Shown here one piece after another: positions 16,170 through 25,856 of a stretch of 64,000 bases of DNA. A program made the translations under genes and the position numbers. This DNA comes from an uncultured Mollicutes bacterium (GTDB taxonomy: Bacteria > Bacillota_I > Bacilli_A > RFN20 > CAG-826), in NCBI GenBank assembly GCA_900540385.1, contig UQFY01000011.1:6043-70042 (forward strand), written 5' to 3'. The notes beneath the pieces are model-generated. The model saw only the letters and a list, made by a program, of their open reading frames with translations, was not told the DNA's origin and searched no databases. Each line of letters opens with the position of its first letter. Positions within the stretch are counted from its first letter, which is position 1.

Positions 16170-18434
16170 ATGGCTAAAGTAAGAACGAAATACTTAGAAA
16201 CAGAGCCTTTTTCCGTCAAAGAAATTGGGTTTCATAAAGAACGTAACCAAGTTAGCGAATCCATTTTCTCCTTAGGAAATGAATATAGTGGGGTTCGTGG
16301 TTTCTTTGAAGAAGGAATCTCTCTTCCATCCTTGATTGGAACCTATTACAACGGTATTATCGAAAACTCCTTAGAAGACACCCCAAGCGCCTATAAGGGG
16401 ATTGTGAAAAGAGGCCATTTCACGATCAACTCCACAAACTATCTTAAATGTGAGATTTACGCCAATGGGGAAAAGCTAGATTTAGCAAAAGTCTCTTTCT
16501 CTAATTTTGAAAGAACTCTTTCTTTTAAAAGTGGCCTTCTTGACCGCCGTTTTCTTTGGAAATTAAAAGACGGCACGGAAATCAAAGTCACCTTCCTCCG
16601 TCTTTTAGGCATGAAATCCCCCTTTGAAGCAATTCAAAGAATCTCCTTTGAAAGCAATCATGACGTCTCTCTTTCTCTTTCTTTATCCTTAAACGGCAAC
16701 ATTCTCCATTGGGGGAATCATTGTTATTGGGATAAAGGGGAAGTCATTAACGAAAATGAAGAATATGGTCTCTTTTTAAAAACGCCAACTACCCATCAAT
16801 CCTTATTAACTTTAATGAAGGTAGATTCGTCTTCTCTTCCAACCCACGCGGAAATGAAAGAAAAAGAAATTACCCTTTTCTATGAGATTCCTTTAAGAGC
16901 CAATAAGCAAGAAGAAGTCACCCGTTATGTGGTGAATATTGCGGATAAAGTGAGCGATAATCGTTTCTTAGAGAGAAAAGAAGAAGGGGAGAAAGAACTT
17001 TCTCTTCTAACGAAGAAAGGCTTCGAAGGCCTTTTAAAAGAAAACGAAGAATTCTTCCAAGACGCTTATCAAAAAAGCGATATCGAAATTGATGGGGATC
17101 CAGAGGATCAACAAGGTATCCGTTTTTGCTTGTTCAATCTTCAACAAGCCTATTGGGGTTTCTCGGAAGATAATAACATCGGGGCGAAAGGCTTAACAGG
17201 CGAGGCTTATTCTGGCCATGCCTTCTGGGATAGCGAAACATATTGCCTTCCTTATTATTTATTTACTAATAGAAAGGCTGCTAAAGACCTTCTTTTATTC
17301 CGTTATAACACTTTGAAAGAAGCGAAGGAAAGAGCAAAAGACCTCGATTGTGAAGGAGCGGCGTATCCTATTGCAACGCGTAATGGTAAAGAAGCGTGTA
17401 CGCTTTGGCAACATGCCTCCACCCAAATTCAGCCAACGACTGCGGTCGCATATGCGATATTCCATTACATGAATCTTTATCAAGATGTTGCTTTTATGAA
17501 CGAATATGGCTTAGAAATGTTGCTAGAAATCGACAAATTCCTTCTAACCCGTGGGCAATGGAACCAAACTCATAGCCATTTTGGCTATTATGGTGTGATG
17601 GGACCGGATGAATTCGAAGTCATGGTTAACCATAATATGTATACAAACATCATGGCTAAAAAGACTTTTGAATACACTTTAAAAGTGCTTTCGGATTCCC
17701 GCTTTGATTCTAAAAAGATCTTAGTAAAAACAAAATTTGATGAGAAACACATCCAAGAAATGAGAGAATGCATGGATAAAATGCTCATTCTTTATGATCC
17801 AAAAACTCATTTATATGAACAACATCAGAGTTTTTATGACCTCCCACACATTGACGTTGATAAGATTCCGGTAACGGATTTCCCTCTTTATTCTCATTGG
17901 AGCTACGATCGAATCTATCGTAATGACATGATTAAACAACCAGACGTCTTGATGTTCCTTTTCCTTTATAACCAGGATTTCTCCTATGAAGATAAAAAAG
18001 CCAACTATGAATATTACGAGCCTCGTTGTATTCATGAATCTTCCCTTTCTCCGTCGGTTCATAGCATTCTTGCTGAAGAGTTAGGAAAAGAAAAGGAAGC
18101 ACTTGATTTCTTTGGCTTTGCAACCCGACTTGACTTAGATGACTATAACCGTAATACCTCAGAAGGACTTCATATGACATCTATTGCCGCGGCATGGATG
18201 AATATCGTTTATGGCTATTTAGGACTTCGTTCCGATAAAGAGGAACTCTCCGTTAACCCATCCTTGCCTAGTAGATGGAAACATTATTCCGTTAAAATCA
18301 CCTATCACGGTTCTTTATTGCGTTTCGATGTTTATCCTAAGAAACTTCTTATTCATAACGAAGGAAAGCCTGTTGAAGTGAACCTTTATCATAAGAAAGT
18401 TCTTCTTGATGGTTTAATGGAGTTCTCTCGATGA
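16170..18434 (+). CDS. GH65 family alpha-glucoside phosphorylase (kojibiose/nigerose/maltose-phosphorylase type), copy 1
   Basis: GEAYSGHAFWDSETYCLPYY, catalytic-acid motif GPDEFE, phosphate-site HESSLSPS. 754 aa. Confidence 0.9.
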   Translation: MAKVRTKYLETEPFSVKEIGFHKERNQVSESIFSLGNEYSGVRGFFEEGISLPSLIGTYYNGIIENSLEDTPSAYKGIVKRGHFTINSTNYLKCEIYANGEKLDLAKVSFSNFERTLSFKSGLLDRRFLWKLKDGTEIKVTFLRLLGMKSPFEAIQRISFESNHDVSLSLSLSLNGNILHWGNHCYWDKGEVINENEEYGLFLKTPTTHQSLLTLMKVDSSSLPTHAEMKEKEITLFYEIPLRANKQEEVTRYVVNIADKVSDNRFLERKEEGEKELSLLTKKGFEGLLKENEEFFQDAYQKSDIEIDGDPEDQQGIRFCLFNLQQAYWGFSEDNNIGAKGLTGEAYSGHAFWDSETYCLPYYLFTNRKAAKDLLLFRYNTLKEAKERAKDLDCEGAAYPIATRNGKEACTLWQHASTQIQPTTAVAYAIFHYMNLYQDVAFMNEYGLEMLLEIDKFLLTRGQWNQTHSHFGYYGVMGPDEFEVMVNHNMYTNIMAKKTFEYTLKVLSDSRFDSKKILVKTKFDEKHIQEMRECMDKMLILYDPKTHLYEQHQSFYDLPHIDVDKIPVTDFPLYSHWSYDRIYRNDMIKQPDVLMFLFLYNQDFSYEDKKANYEYYEPRCIHESSLSPSVHSILAEELGKEKEALDFFGFATRLDLDDYNRNTSEGLHMTSIAAAWMNIVYGYLGLRSDKEELSVNPSLPSRWKHYSVKITYHGSLLRFDVYPKKLLIHNEGKPVEVNLYHKKVLLDGLMEFSR

Positions 18435-20560
18435 AAGATATCATTTCGTGTGACACATATAACAGAAATGAACGTATCCTTGAAGGAAATCGTTTTCTTA
18501 TTGGCAATGGCCATTTAGGGTATCGCGGTTCTTTAGAAGAGGAAAACAAGGAAGAGATGAAAGGCCTTAACCTTGTTGGAGTCTATGATAAATACGAGGA
18601 TAAGTGGAGAGAATCCATCAATATGCCTGATCCTCTTTTCTTAAGAACTTTCGTTGAAAATTCCGAAGAAGATATCAAAACAGCGGACTCATTATGCCAT
18701 AATATGTCTCTCCATTTGGAGAAAGGATACTTCTCTAGAAAGTCTTCCTTCCCGAATTATTGCATTTCAAGTGAACGTTTTCTTTCATTTGAAAGAGATA
18801 ATTTGCTTGCTTCAAAAATTGAAATCGAGGCGAAGCATTCTCATTCTTTTTTCTTCCATTATGGATTGGATTTGAACGTCTATGAAATAAATGGCCCCCA
18901 TTTTAAAGTGAAAAACGTTAAAGAATTACGTAATTGTCTCCTTTTTGAAGGTGTTACAAACGAAGGAAGACATCTTTTTGAGGCGGTTTCTTATCGCGTT
19001 CATCCTTTGAAAGGAAACTCAGAAACAACCTCTCCCCATTTAGAAAACCGTTCTATCTATGTTTCGAATTTCTCTTTAAAAGAAGGAGAAAAAGTACAAT
19101 TTGAAATCTATTCTCTTATCTTTGAAGAAGAAAAAGACTTCGAAAAAGAGATGGATAAAATTCTATCTTTAGGATACGAAGAGTTGAAAAACGAACACAC
19201 GTCCCTCTTCTTTTCGCTATATAAGAATGCGAAAGTCTCCTTAAAAGGTGATCCAAACGGAGAAATAGAAAGCAACTACTCCATCTATATGTTGCTTATT
19301 TTAGGCGATAGGAATCGATTCCGTTCTATTCCTGCTAGAGGGGTAAGCGGTCAAACCTATAAAGGCGCGATTTTTTGGGATACGGAGATTTTTCTTTTGC
19401 CATTCTTTTCTTTCCAAGAACCAGCAGTAGCCAGAAACCTATTGAAATATCGTATTCATACTTTAGAAGGAGCGAAAAAGAAAGCGAAAGAATTTGGATA
19501 CGAAGGTGCTTTCTTTGCTTGGGAAAGCCAAGATAATGGTCTTGAAGCCTGTTCAAAATATAACGTGACAGACTATAAGACGGGCAAGCCAATCCGCACC
19601 TACTTTAACGAAAAACAAATTCATATTAGTGCGGATATCGCCTATGCTTTCGAGAATTATGAAAAAATCACCGGTGATTCCTCTCTTCTATATGAAGGAG
19701 GCATGGAGCTTCTTCTTGAGATCTCGCGTTTCTTTTTATCTTACGCAACCTTTAGAAATGGAGAATATCATCTAGACGACGTCATTGGTCCAGATGAGTA
19801 TCATGAAAGAATCAACGACAACGCTTTTACCAACTACATGGTTCAACACGCTTTACGTTACACATTAAGGAAATTAGAGGAAAACCCTTCTTTCTTGGAC
19901 AAATACTCCTTGGATAAAATGAAAATAGAGGACTTCCTATCTAATTTCTATCTTCCGAAAGCAAATTCCTCAGGGGTTATCGAACAATTTGAAGGCTATT
20001 TCCAAAAAGAAGACTGTTCCGTGGATGAAGTTCGTTCTCGCCTTAAGGATCCTAAGCAATACTGGGGTGGAAAAGACGGGCCTGCTTCACCGACACAAAT
20101 TATTAAACAAGCAGATGTTGTCGCGATGCTCGTTCTCCTTAGCGATGAGTTCCCGCTTGCGATAAAGAAAGCAAACTACGATTATTATTTCCCTCGAACG
20201 GAACACGGTTCCTCCCTTTCTTCCAGTATGTATTCTTTATTAGCCACGGAAATCGGTGAAAAAGAATACGCTTATAAGATGTTCCGGAAATCCGCTTCCA
20301 TCGATTTATACGGCCCACAAAAGCTCTTTGCTGGGGGCGTTTATATTGGAGGCAGCCATCCTGCTAGCGAAGGAGGAGCGTATATGTCTCTTCTCTATGG
20401 CTTTTCAGGATTAAAAATCCATGGGAAAGAAATCAACGTCTCAAACAACTTGCCAAAAGAAATAAAGGAATTGAAGTATTCCATCTTCTTCCAAGGCGAA
20501 CGTTATCTAATTGATATTCAAGAAAATAAAAATACTATCAAGAAGGAGGTATCCAAATGA
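18431..20560 (+). CDS. GH65 family alpha-glucoside phosphorylase, copy 2 (divergent paralogue)
   Basis: GQTYKGAIFWDTEIFLLPFF, GPDEYHE, HGSSLSSS. ATGA overlap with copy 1. Confidence 0.9.
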   Translation: MKDIISCDTYNRNERILEGNRFLIGNGHLGYRGSLEEENKEEMKGLNLVGVYDKYEDKWRESINMPDPLFLRTFVENSEEDIKTADSLCHNMSLHLEKGYFSRKSSFPNYCISSERFLSFERDNLLASKIEIEAKHSHSFFFHYGLDLNVYEINGPHFKVKNVKELRNCLLFEGVTNEGRHLFEAVSYRVHPLKGNSETTSPHLENRSIYVSNFSLKEGEKVQFEIYSLIFEEEKDFEKEMDKILSLGYEELKNEHTSLFFSLYKNAKVSLKGDPNGEIESNYSIYMLLILGDRNRFRSIPARGVSGQTYKGAIFWDTEIFLLPFFSFQEPAVARNLLKYRIHTLEGAKKKAKEFGYEGAFFAWESQDNGLEACSKYNVTDYKTGKPIRTYFNEKQIHISADIAYAFENYEKITGDSSLLYEGGMELLLEISRFFLSYATFRNGEYHLDDVIGPDEYHERINDNAFTNYMVQHALRYTLRKLEENPSFLDKYSLDKMKIEDFLSNFYLPKANSSGVIEQFEGYFQKEDCSVDEVRSRLKDPKQYWGGKDGPASPTQIIKQADVVAMLVLLSDEFPLAIKKANYDYYFPRTEHGSSLSSSMYSLLATEIGEKEYAYKMFRKSASIDLYGPQKLFAGGVYIGGSHPASEGGAYMSLLYGFSGLKIHGKEINVSNNLPKEIKELKYSIFFQGERYLIDIQENKNTIKKEVSK

Positions 20561-22362
20561 AAAAAGGAATGATATTCGATTTAGATGGAGTCATTGTCTC
20601 TACTGACCATTACCATTATTTAGCGTGGAAAAATATGGCAGATAAAGAGGGTATTCCTTTTGATGAGGAAACAAACAATCGTCTTAGAGGAATCTCTCGC
20701 ATGGCTTCCTTGGAAATTATTCTTGAGAAAGCATCAAAGACCTACAGCCAGGAAGAAAAAGAAAAACTATGCGAAAAGAAAAACAATATTTACCGCGAAT
20801 CTTTGAATCAACTTACCCCAAAAGACGTCGATCCCGATACTCTAGCAACGCTCATTCAAATCAAAAACATGGGGATTAAAACAGCCATTGGTTCCTCTAG
20901 CAAGAACACCAAATTCATTCTTGAAAGAATTGGCTTATTAGACTTCTTCGATGAAATTGTTGACGGAACGATGATCTCTCATTCAAAGCCGGACCCAGAA
21001 GTCTTTCTTCTTGCAGCAAAGAAAATTGGGCTAGAACCAAAAGATTGTGGTGTAGTGGAAGATGCATACGCAGGGGTGGAAGCCGCAAAACGTGGAGGCT
21101 TCACTTCTTATGGCATTGGCGATGCTTCAACCTCTCCCAATACGGATTACCCATTAAAGAAGATGAGCGACCTTCTTATCTATTTAAACGAAAAAAAGGA
21201 AGACAAACCTAGAATTGCCATCGAACATTTATATAAGACTTATCCGAATGGATTTACAGCCACAAAAGACTTTAGCCTTACTATCAATGATGGGGAATTT
21301 GTGGTATTTGTTGGCCCTTCAGGCTGTGGAAAATCCACCGTCTTAAGAATGATTGCAGGCTTAGAAGATGTCACAAAAGGAAAAATTCTTCTCGATGGGG
21401 AGGATATCACGGATAAAGAAGCGAAAGACCGTGACATCGCAATGGTTTTCCAAAACTATGCTTTATACCCACATTTAAGTGTTTTTAAAAACATTGCTTT
21501 CCCACTTGAGGTGGAACGTGTTCCTTTAAAACATTTCTTTGACTTTAAATATCGTAAACAAAGAAAAGCAGACATTAAAAAGAAAGTAGAAGACGCAGCC
21601 TCTAAAATTGGCTTAAGCGACTACTTAGAAAGCAAACCAGCAAATCTTTCGGGTGGGCAAAGACAACGTGTGGCTTTAGGAAGAGCCATTGTCCGTGATC
21701 CAAAAGTCTTCCTTCTTGATGAACCTCTTTCCAATCTCGATGCCAAGATGCGTGTTCAAATGAGATCGGAAATCACCCGTCTTCATGACAAGCTAAAAAC
21801 TATTTTCATCTACGTCACACACGACCAAGTCGAAGCGATGACCATGGGCACAAAGATCGTTGTCTTAAAAGATGGAGTTATCCAACAAGTCGGCACACCA
21901 GAAGACATCTTCCTTAATCCAGTGAACCAATTTGTTGCAGGTTTTATTGGAACGCCTCAGATGAATTTCTTTAATGCCCGCATTCGAAAAGAAGGGAACC
22001 AGTATTACGCTTCTTTGGAAGGCAGACAAAAAGAACTCCTTCTTCCTAAGGAAAGAATGAAAAACTTCTCTGATCAATACCTTGATAAAGAAATGGTTTT
22101 AGGAATCCGTCCAGGAGCCATCTCCGTTAAAGGGGATTTAGATTATCAAGAACAAGGTTTCTTAGCCCACATCAACCTCTTTGAACAACTCGGAGAAGAA
22201 ACCCTCTTATATGTTACCTTCCCCGGAAAAAAGGAAGACCTTATCATTTCTACGACAGGTTTAGGTAGATTTCATAAAGAAATGGATGTTGGAATATCTT
22301 TCAACTTAGAACATGTATGTTTATTTTCCAAAGAAACAGGCGAATCTCTCTTAAAAAGATAG
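20557..22362 (+). CDS. Fusion protein: beta-phosphoglucomutase (HAD) N-terminal domain plus MsmK/UgpC/MalK-type sugar ABC ATPase
   Basis: N-terminus FDLDGVIVST (HAD motif I), SSSKN and EDAYAGVEAAK. From about residue 215: GPSGCGKST (Walker A), LSGGQRQR, FLLDEPLSNLD and a MalK-type C-terminal regulatory domain. One uninterrupted 601-aa ORF. Confidence 0.85.
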   Translation: MKKGMIFDLDGVIVSTDHYHYLAWKNMADKEGIPFDEETNNRLRGISRMASLEIILEKASKTYSQEEKEKLCEKKNNIYRESLNQLTPKDVDPDTLATLIQIKNMGIKTAIGSSSKNTKFILERIGLLDFFDEIVDGTMISHSKPDPEVFLLAAKKIGLEPKDCGVVEDAYAGVEAAKRGGFTSYGIGDASTSPNTDYPLKKMSDLLIYLNEKKEDKPRIAIEHLYKTYPNGFTATKDFSLTINDGEFVVFVGPSGCGKSTVLRMIAGLEDVTKGKILLDGEDITDKEAKDRDIAMVFQNYALYPHLSVFKNIAFPLEVERVPLKHFFDFKYRKQRKADIKKKVEDAASKIGLSDYLESKPANLSGGQRQRVALGRAIVRDPKVFLLDEPLSNLDAKMRVQMRSEITRLHDKLKTIFIYVTHDQVEAMTMGTKIVVLKDGVIQQVGTPEDIFLNPVNQFVAGFIGTPQMNFFNARIRKEGNQYYASLEGRQKELLLPKERMKNFSDQYLDKEMVLGIRPGAISVKGDLDYQEQGFLAHINLFEQLGEETLLYVTFPGKKEDLIISTTGLGRFHKEMDVGISFNLEHVCLFSKETGESLLKR

Positions 22363-24050
22363 GATTTTTCTTCCTCGGTTTATTTATGCTTTCATCTTGT
22401 AAGGAAAACCTTCCTTCTTTTTCGAGTCAAGTAAACACAAGTGACATTTCTTCTTTAGATTCAAAAGAAGACTTTGCCTCAAGCTTTCCTAAGGATGAGA
22501 ATGGTTTTAAGATTGTCGAAAAAGATTATTTTTCAAATAAAGAAGATCCCTCCTCTAAAGGCGAGACCAATCAGGTTAAATTTGGAGAAAAGATTGAGGG
22601 CGTGCCTATATATTCCTCTTTCAAACTCTTTCTTGCTGGAGAAGAAGTTCCGGTATATTCGGTTAAAATCAATCAAGATCAAACATGGAGCGCAGAGGCT
22701 AAAAACCGCGTTGCTACAGGAGTGGCCTCTTTTTCTCTTAAAGGGAAAGCAACATTAAAACTCCAATGTGCTTTTAATCCATTAAATGACGTTAAAATTC
22801 GTCCTTTAGGAAGAAATATTCCTTTTCAAATAGATTCTGCACGTTGGGTCATTTCTTTTGAAATTGATACCCCAGGGCAATATGTAATTGAAACGAGGTA
22901 CCGTACCCTTCATCTTTTCGTAAATGAATGGAAAGAGACGCCTCAAAACACAATTGTTTTTTCCTCTGGGCTTCACACGAAAGAAAATGATAATCGCATC
23001 AATTCTAACAACGAGATTATTTTACATAATGGGTCTCATATTTTCTTGGAAGAAGGCGCAATCGTTCGAGCAAAAATCAAAGCCTACGATGCTTATCATA
23101 TTTCTATTTCTGGTCCTGGTTTTATCGACGGCTCCCTTTTTGAAAGAAATGTGAGTAAAGGGATTGCGAATGTCCCTTTAGATATTTCATTTTGTAATGA
23201 TGTAACTTTGGAGGACTTTTTCGTTCTTGATCCCGCTGGATGGGCATTTAATCTATATTTTTCAAGTAATCTTCATCTTAAAAATACAAAAATCATCTCT
23301 TCTCGCTCAAATGGAGACGGAATATCCGTCCAATCTTGTAAGAACCTGGAGGCAGACTCTTGCTTTGTGAGAAGCTGGGATGATTCTTTGGTCGTGAAAA
23401 ACTACGTCAATTGGAGAACGAATCAAGAGGGGGAGACCTCTTCCATCCATTTTAAGAATTGCCTGATTATTACAGATCTCGCTCAATCAATGGAAATCGG
23501 TTACGAAACCATCGGAGAGAAAATGGAAGACATCTCTTTCGAAAATATCAGTGTTCTTCACGCTTATCACAAACCCGTATTTTCCATTCATAATGGGAAT
23601 AACGCTAAAATACGCAATGTAACTTATAAGAACATAACGGTAGAGGATCTTTCTATCGGAAAAGGAGATGGAACACCCTATCTTTTTGATTTTGACGTGT
23701 CGCATTCTTCTACTTGGTCCGATGCCCATAAAATCACTTCGCTGGGGGACATCGATGGAGTTCATGTTGAGAATATAAAAATCATTGCTGGAAGAGAGGC
23801 CCCTAAAATCAAAATTACAGGTTCCTTAGAAAAAAGAAACGGCTTTCCGAATGTTGCGCATAAGTTTTTTAATGTCACTTTCAAAGATGTTGATATATAT
23901 GGTAAAACGCTTGATTCATCTTATTCTTATTTAGAAACGGCTTATGCCGAGAACGTTCAATATCAAAAGACGGGGAAAGTAATTACCGGAGCGACTTATC
24001 CAAAGACAGATGTTTCCTCTTTTAGTAATAATATCATCCGTGTGAAATAA
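22317..24050 (+). CDS. Beta-helix glycoside-hydrolase-like lipoprotein, paralogue of 7513..10182 without discoidin domains
   Basis: Lipobox FMLSSCKEN. SRSNGDGISVQSCKNLEADSCFVRSWDDSLVVKNY and AQSMEIGYET match the first paralogue. The start at 22317 overlaps the upstream gene by 46 nt and is uncertain. Confidence 0.7.
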   Translation: MFIFQRNRRISLKKIGFFFLGLFMLSSCKENLPSFSSQVNTSDISSLDSKEDFASSFPKDENGFKIVEKDYFSNKEDPSSKGETNQVKFGEKIEGVPIYSSFKLFLAGEEVPVYSVKINQDQTWSAEAKNRVATGVASFSLKGKATLKLQCAFNPLNDVKIRPLGRNIPFQIDSARWVISFEIDTPGQYVIETRYRTLHLFVNEWKETPQNTIVFSSGLHTKENDNRINSNNEIILHNGSHIFLEEGAIVRAKIKAYDAYHISISGPGFIDGSLFERNVSKGIANVPLDISFCNDVTLEDFFVLDPAGWAFNLYFSSNLHLKNTKIISSRSNGDGISVQSCKNLEADSCFVRSWDDSLVVKNYVNWRTNQEGETSSIHFKNCLIITDLAQSMEIGYETIGEKMEDISFENISVLHAYHKPVFSIHNGNNAKIRNVTYKNITVEDLSIGKGDGTPYLFDFDVSHSSTWSDAHKITSLGDIDGVHVENIKIIAGREAPKIKITGSLEKRNGFPNVAHKFFNVTFKDVDIYGKTLDSSYSYLETAYAENVQYQKTGKVITGATYPKTDVSSFSNNIIRVK

Positions 24051-24052
24051 CG

Positions 24053-24120
24053 AACTTCAGTCAAAATGAAGTGAAGTATGAAGTAACAATGAAGTAATAC
24101 TTCACTCTTACTTCATTCTT
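24053..24120. repeat. Direct repeat DR-B copy 1 (59-bp core 24062-24120) with four TGAAGT and two inverted ACTTCA hexamers
   Basis: The 59-bp core matches 25625-25683 at 58 of 59 positions. Weaker similarity extends 9 bp leftwards. Starts just after the stop codon of the preceding gene. Confidence 0.9.
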
Positions 24121-24150
24121 TCGTTATAATATTGATGGGAGGTAAAGAAA

Positions 24151-25617
24151 ATGCTTTTTGAAGAACTAGTCCCCAATACAAATCTCGAAGATTATGAAGT
24201 GGAATTTAAAGGAATTATCAATGAAGGCTTTGATAATGAAACAAAGCAAAGAGTAGAGAATGGGTGGCTAAAAGAAATTGCTGCTTTTGCAAATACTTTT
24301 GGCGGAGTCCTCTATGTTGGTGTAGAAAACAAAACCCATAAAATCGTTGCCTTATCCCACGAATGCGCAGATAAAATCACCTTAATGGTTCAAAGATTAA
24401 TCCCTTTACACATCGAGCCTCCTATTCGCTATACAATCGAAAAAATACCGGTTCCAGAAGTTTCGCCAACTCGCTATGTTCTAGGGATACATGTAGAAAA
24501 AAGCAAATTTCCACCGGTTTCTCTTCACATTAATGGGACGAGTGTTATTTATGTAAGACACTTTGGAAAAACAAGCCCTGCAACAGGTGAAGAAATACGT
24601 AACCTAGTGTTATCTAGCGATTCTGTCTCCTATGACATTATGGAAACAGATGAATTTTTCCATAAAGAAGATTTTCAAATGCTGTTCTCTTTCTACAAGG
24701 AGCAGAACAACGGGAAAGAATTGACGGAAAAAGATTTATTTAACATTGGTTTTTTCACGCTTGATAAAAAATTAAAAAGAGGAGCCATTCTTTTCCGTGA
24801 TAATTGCAATGATTCAAGAACGTTAATCGAATGTTCTGCCTTCCCTGGCATCAGCAAAGGGGACAATCTTTTCCTTGCAAGCAAAAAAATACAAGGAAAC
24901 TTAATTGAAGAATACAAAGAAGCCATGGACTTTATTGAATCTCGTTCTATCAACGGCTTTGAAAAAACACCTAACGGAAGAAAAGATATCTTTTCCTTTC
25001 CAAAACGTTCCCTCTCAGAAGGAATTGCCAATGCCATCGGACATCGCAACTATTTTATTCAAGGTGGACAAATTGAAATCAATGTTTTTAAAGACCGCTT
25101 GGAGATTATTTCGCCAGGTTCTTTGCCCACCCATAAATGGTTGCAAAAAGAAACCAATCTAGCTCAAATTCCTCCACTTCGGAGAAATGAACTTATTTGC
25201 GCAGTCTTTACTCTTTGCAAAATCATGGATCATAAAGGCAGTGGTTTTGACAAAATTGAGCAAGAATACAAAGAATATGGACCGAAATTCGCACCCTTTG
25301 CGGATTCTGACGATTCCTTTTTCTCTTTAACTCTTCCCGATCTTACTCATCCTTCGGGCCTCGTATCAAGCAACGAAAAACCAGCCGTTTATACGATAAA
25401 TGGGGAAGAAACAGCTAAACAATTAGAAATACTTTCTTATTGTTGGAATGCTCCACATACCGCTTTAGAAATCGCTGAAATGCTTGGCATAAAGCCTTCT
25501 AATTATTTCCGAAAAGAAATCATCCAACCTTTAATGGAGAAAAACCTACTTTTGATGAGCAATTCGACTTATCCGGCCAAATATTATTCCAATCACAACA
25601 CCGTCTTCCCAAAATAA
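24151..25617 (+). CDS. AlbA_2 (Schlafen-like) / HATPase_c_4 / winged-helix putative transcriptional regulator (RecG-like misnomer family)
   Basis: EDYEVEFKG...LKEIAAFANTFGGVLYVGVEN (AlbA_2). GIANAIGHRNYFIQGGQIEINVFKDRLEIISPGSLP (HATPase_c_4). C-terminal wHTH-like region. Confidence 0.8.
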   Translation: MLFEELVPNTNLEDYEVEFKGIINEGFDNETKQRVENGWLKEIAAFANTFGGVLYVGVENKTHKIVALSHECADKITLMVQRLIPLHIEPPIRYTIEKIPVPEVSPTRYVLGIHVEKSKFPPVSLHINGTSVIYVRHFGKTSPATGEEIRNLVLSSDSVSYDIMETDEFFHKEDFQMLFSFYKEQNNGKELTEKDLFNIGFFTLDKKLKRGAILFRDNCNDSRTLIECSAFPGISKGDNLFLASKKIQGNLIEEYKEAMDFIESRSINGFEKTPNGRKDIFSFPKRSLSEGIANAIGHRNYFIQGGQIEINVFKDRLEIISPGSLPTHKWLQKETNLAQIPPLRRNELICAVFTLCKIMDHKGSGFDKIEQEYKEYGPKFAPFADSDDSFFSLTLPDLTHPSGLVSSNEKPAVYTINGEETAKQLEILSYCWNAPHTALEIAEMLGIKPSNYFRKEIIQPLMEKNLLLMSNSTYPAKYYSNHNTVFPK

Positions 25618-25683
25618 CTTCGCACAAAATGAAGTGAAGTGTGAAGTAACAATGAAGTAATACTTCACTCTTACTTCATTCTT
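25616..25683. repeat. Direct repeat DR-B copy 2
   Basis: See copy 1. Begins within the stop codon of the AlbA_2 gene and lies upstream of the giant lipoprotein gene. Confidence 0.9.
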
Positions 25684-25856
25684 AAAAAACCTTGAAAAAT
25701 AAGCATCTTTTTGGAATTTATATGCTTTCCTATTCCTCTAGAGTAGATTTATATAGATATCTTTATTAAAATTAGGCTATGTTCAAAAGAAAGAGAAACA
25801 GGCTTATCGATAAACGAAAACCTTTTTTCTTAATCTTTTATATATAGGAGATAAAT

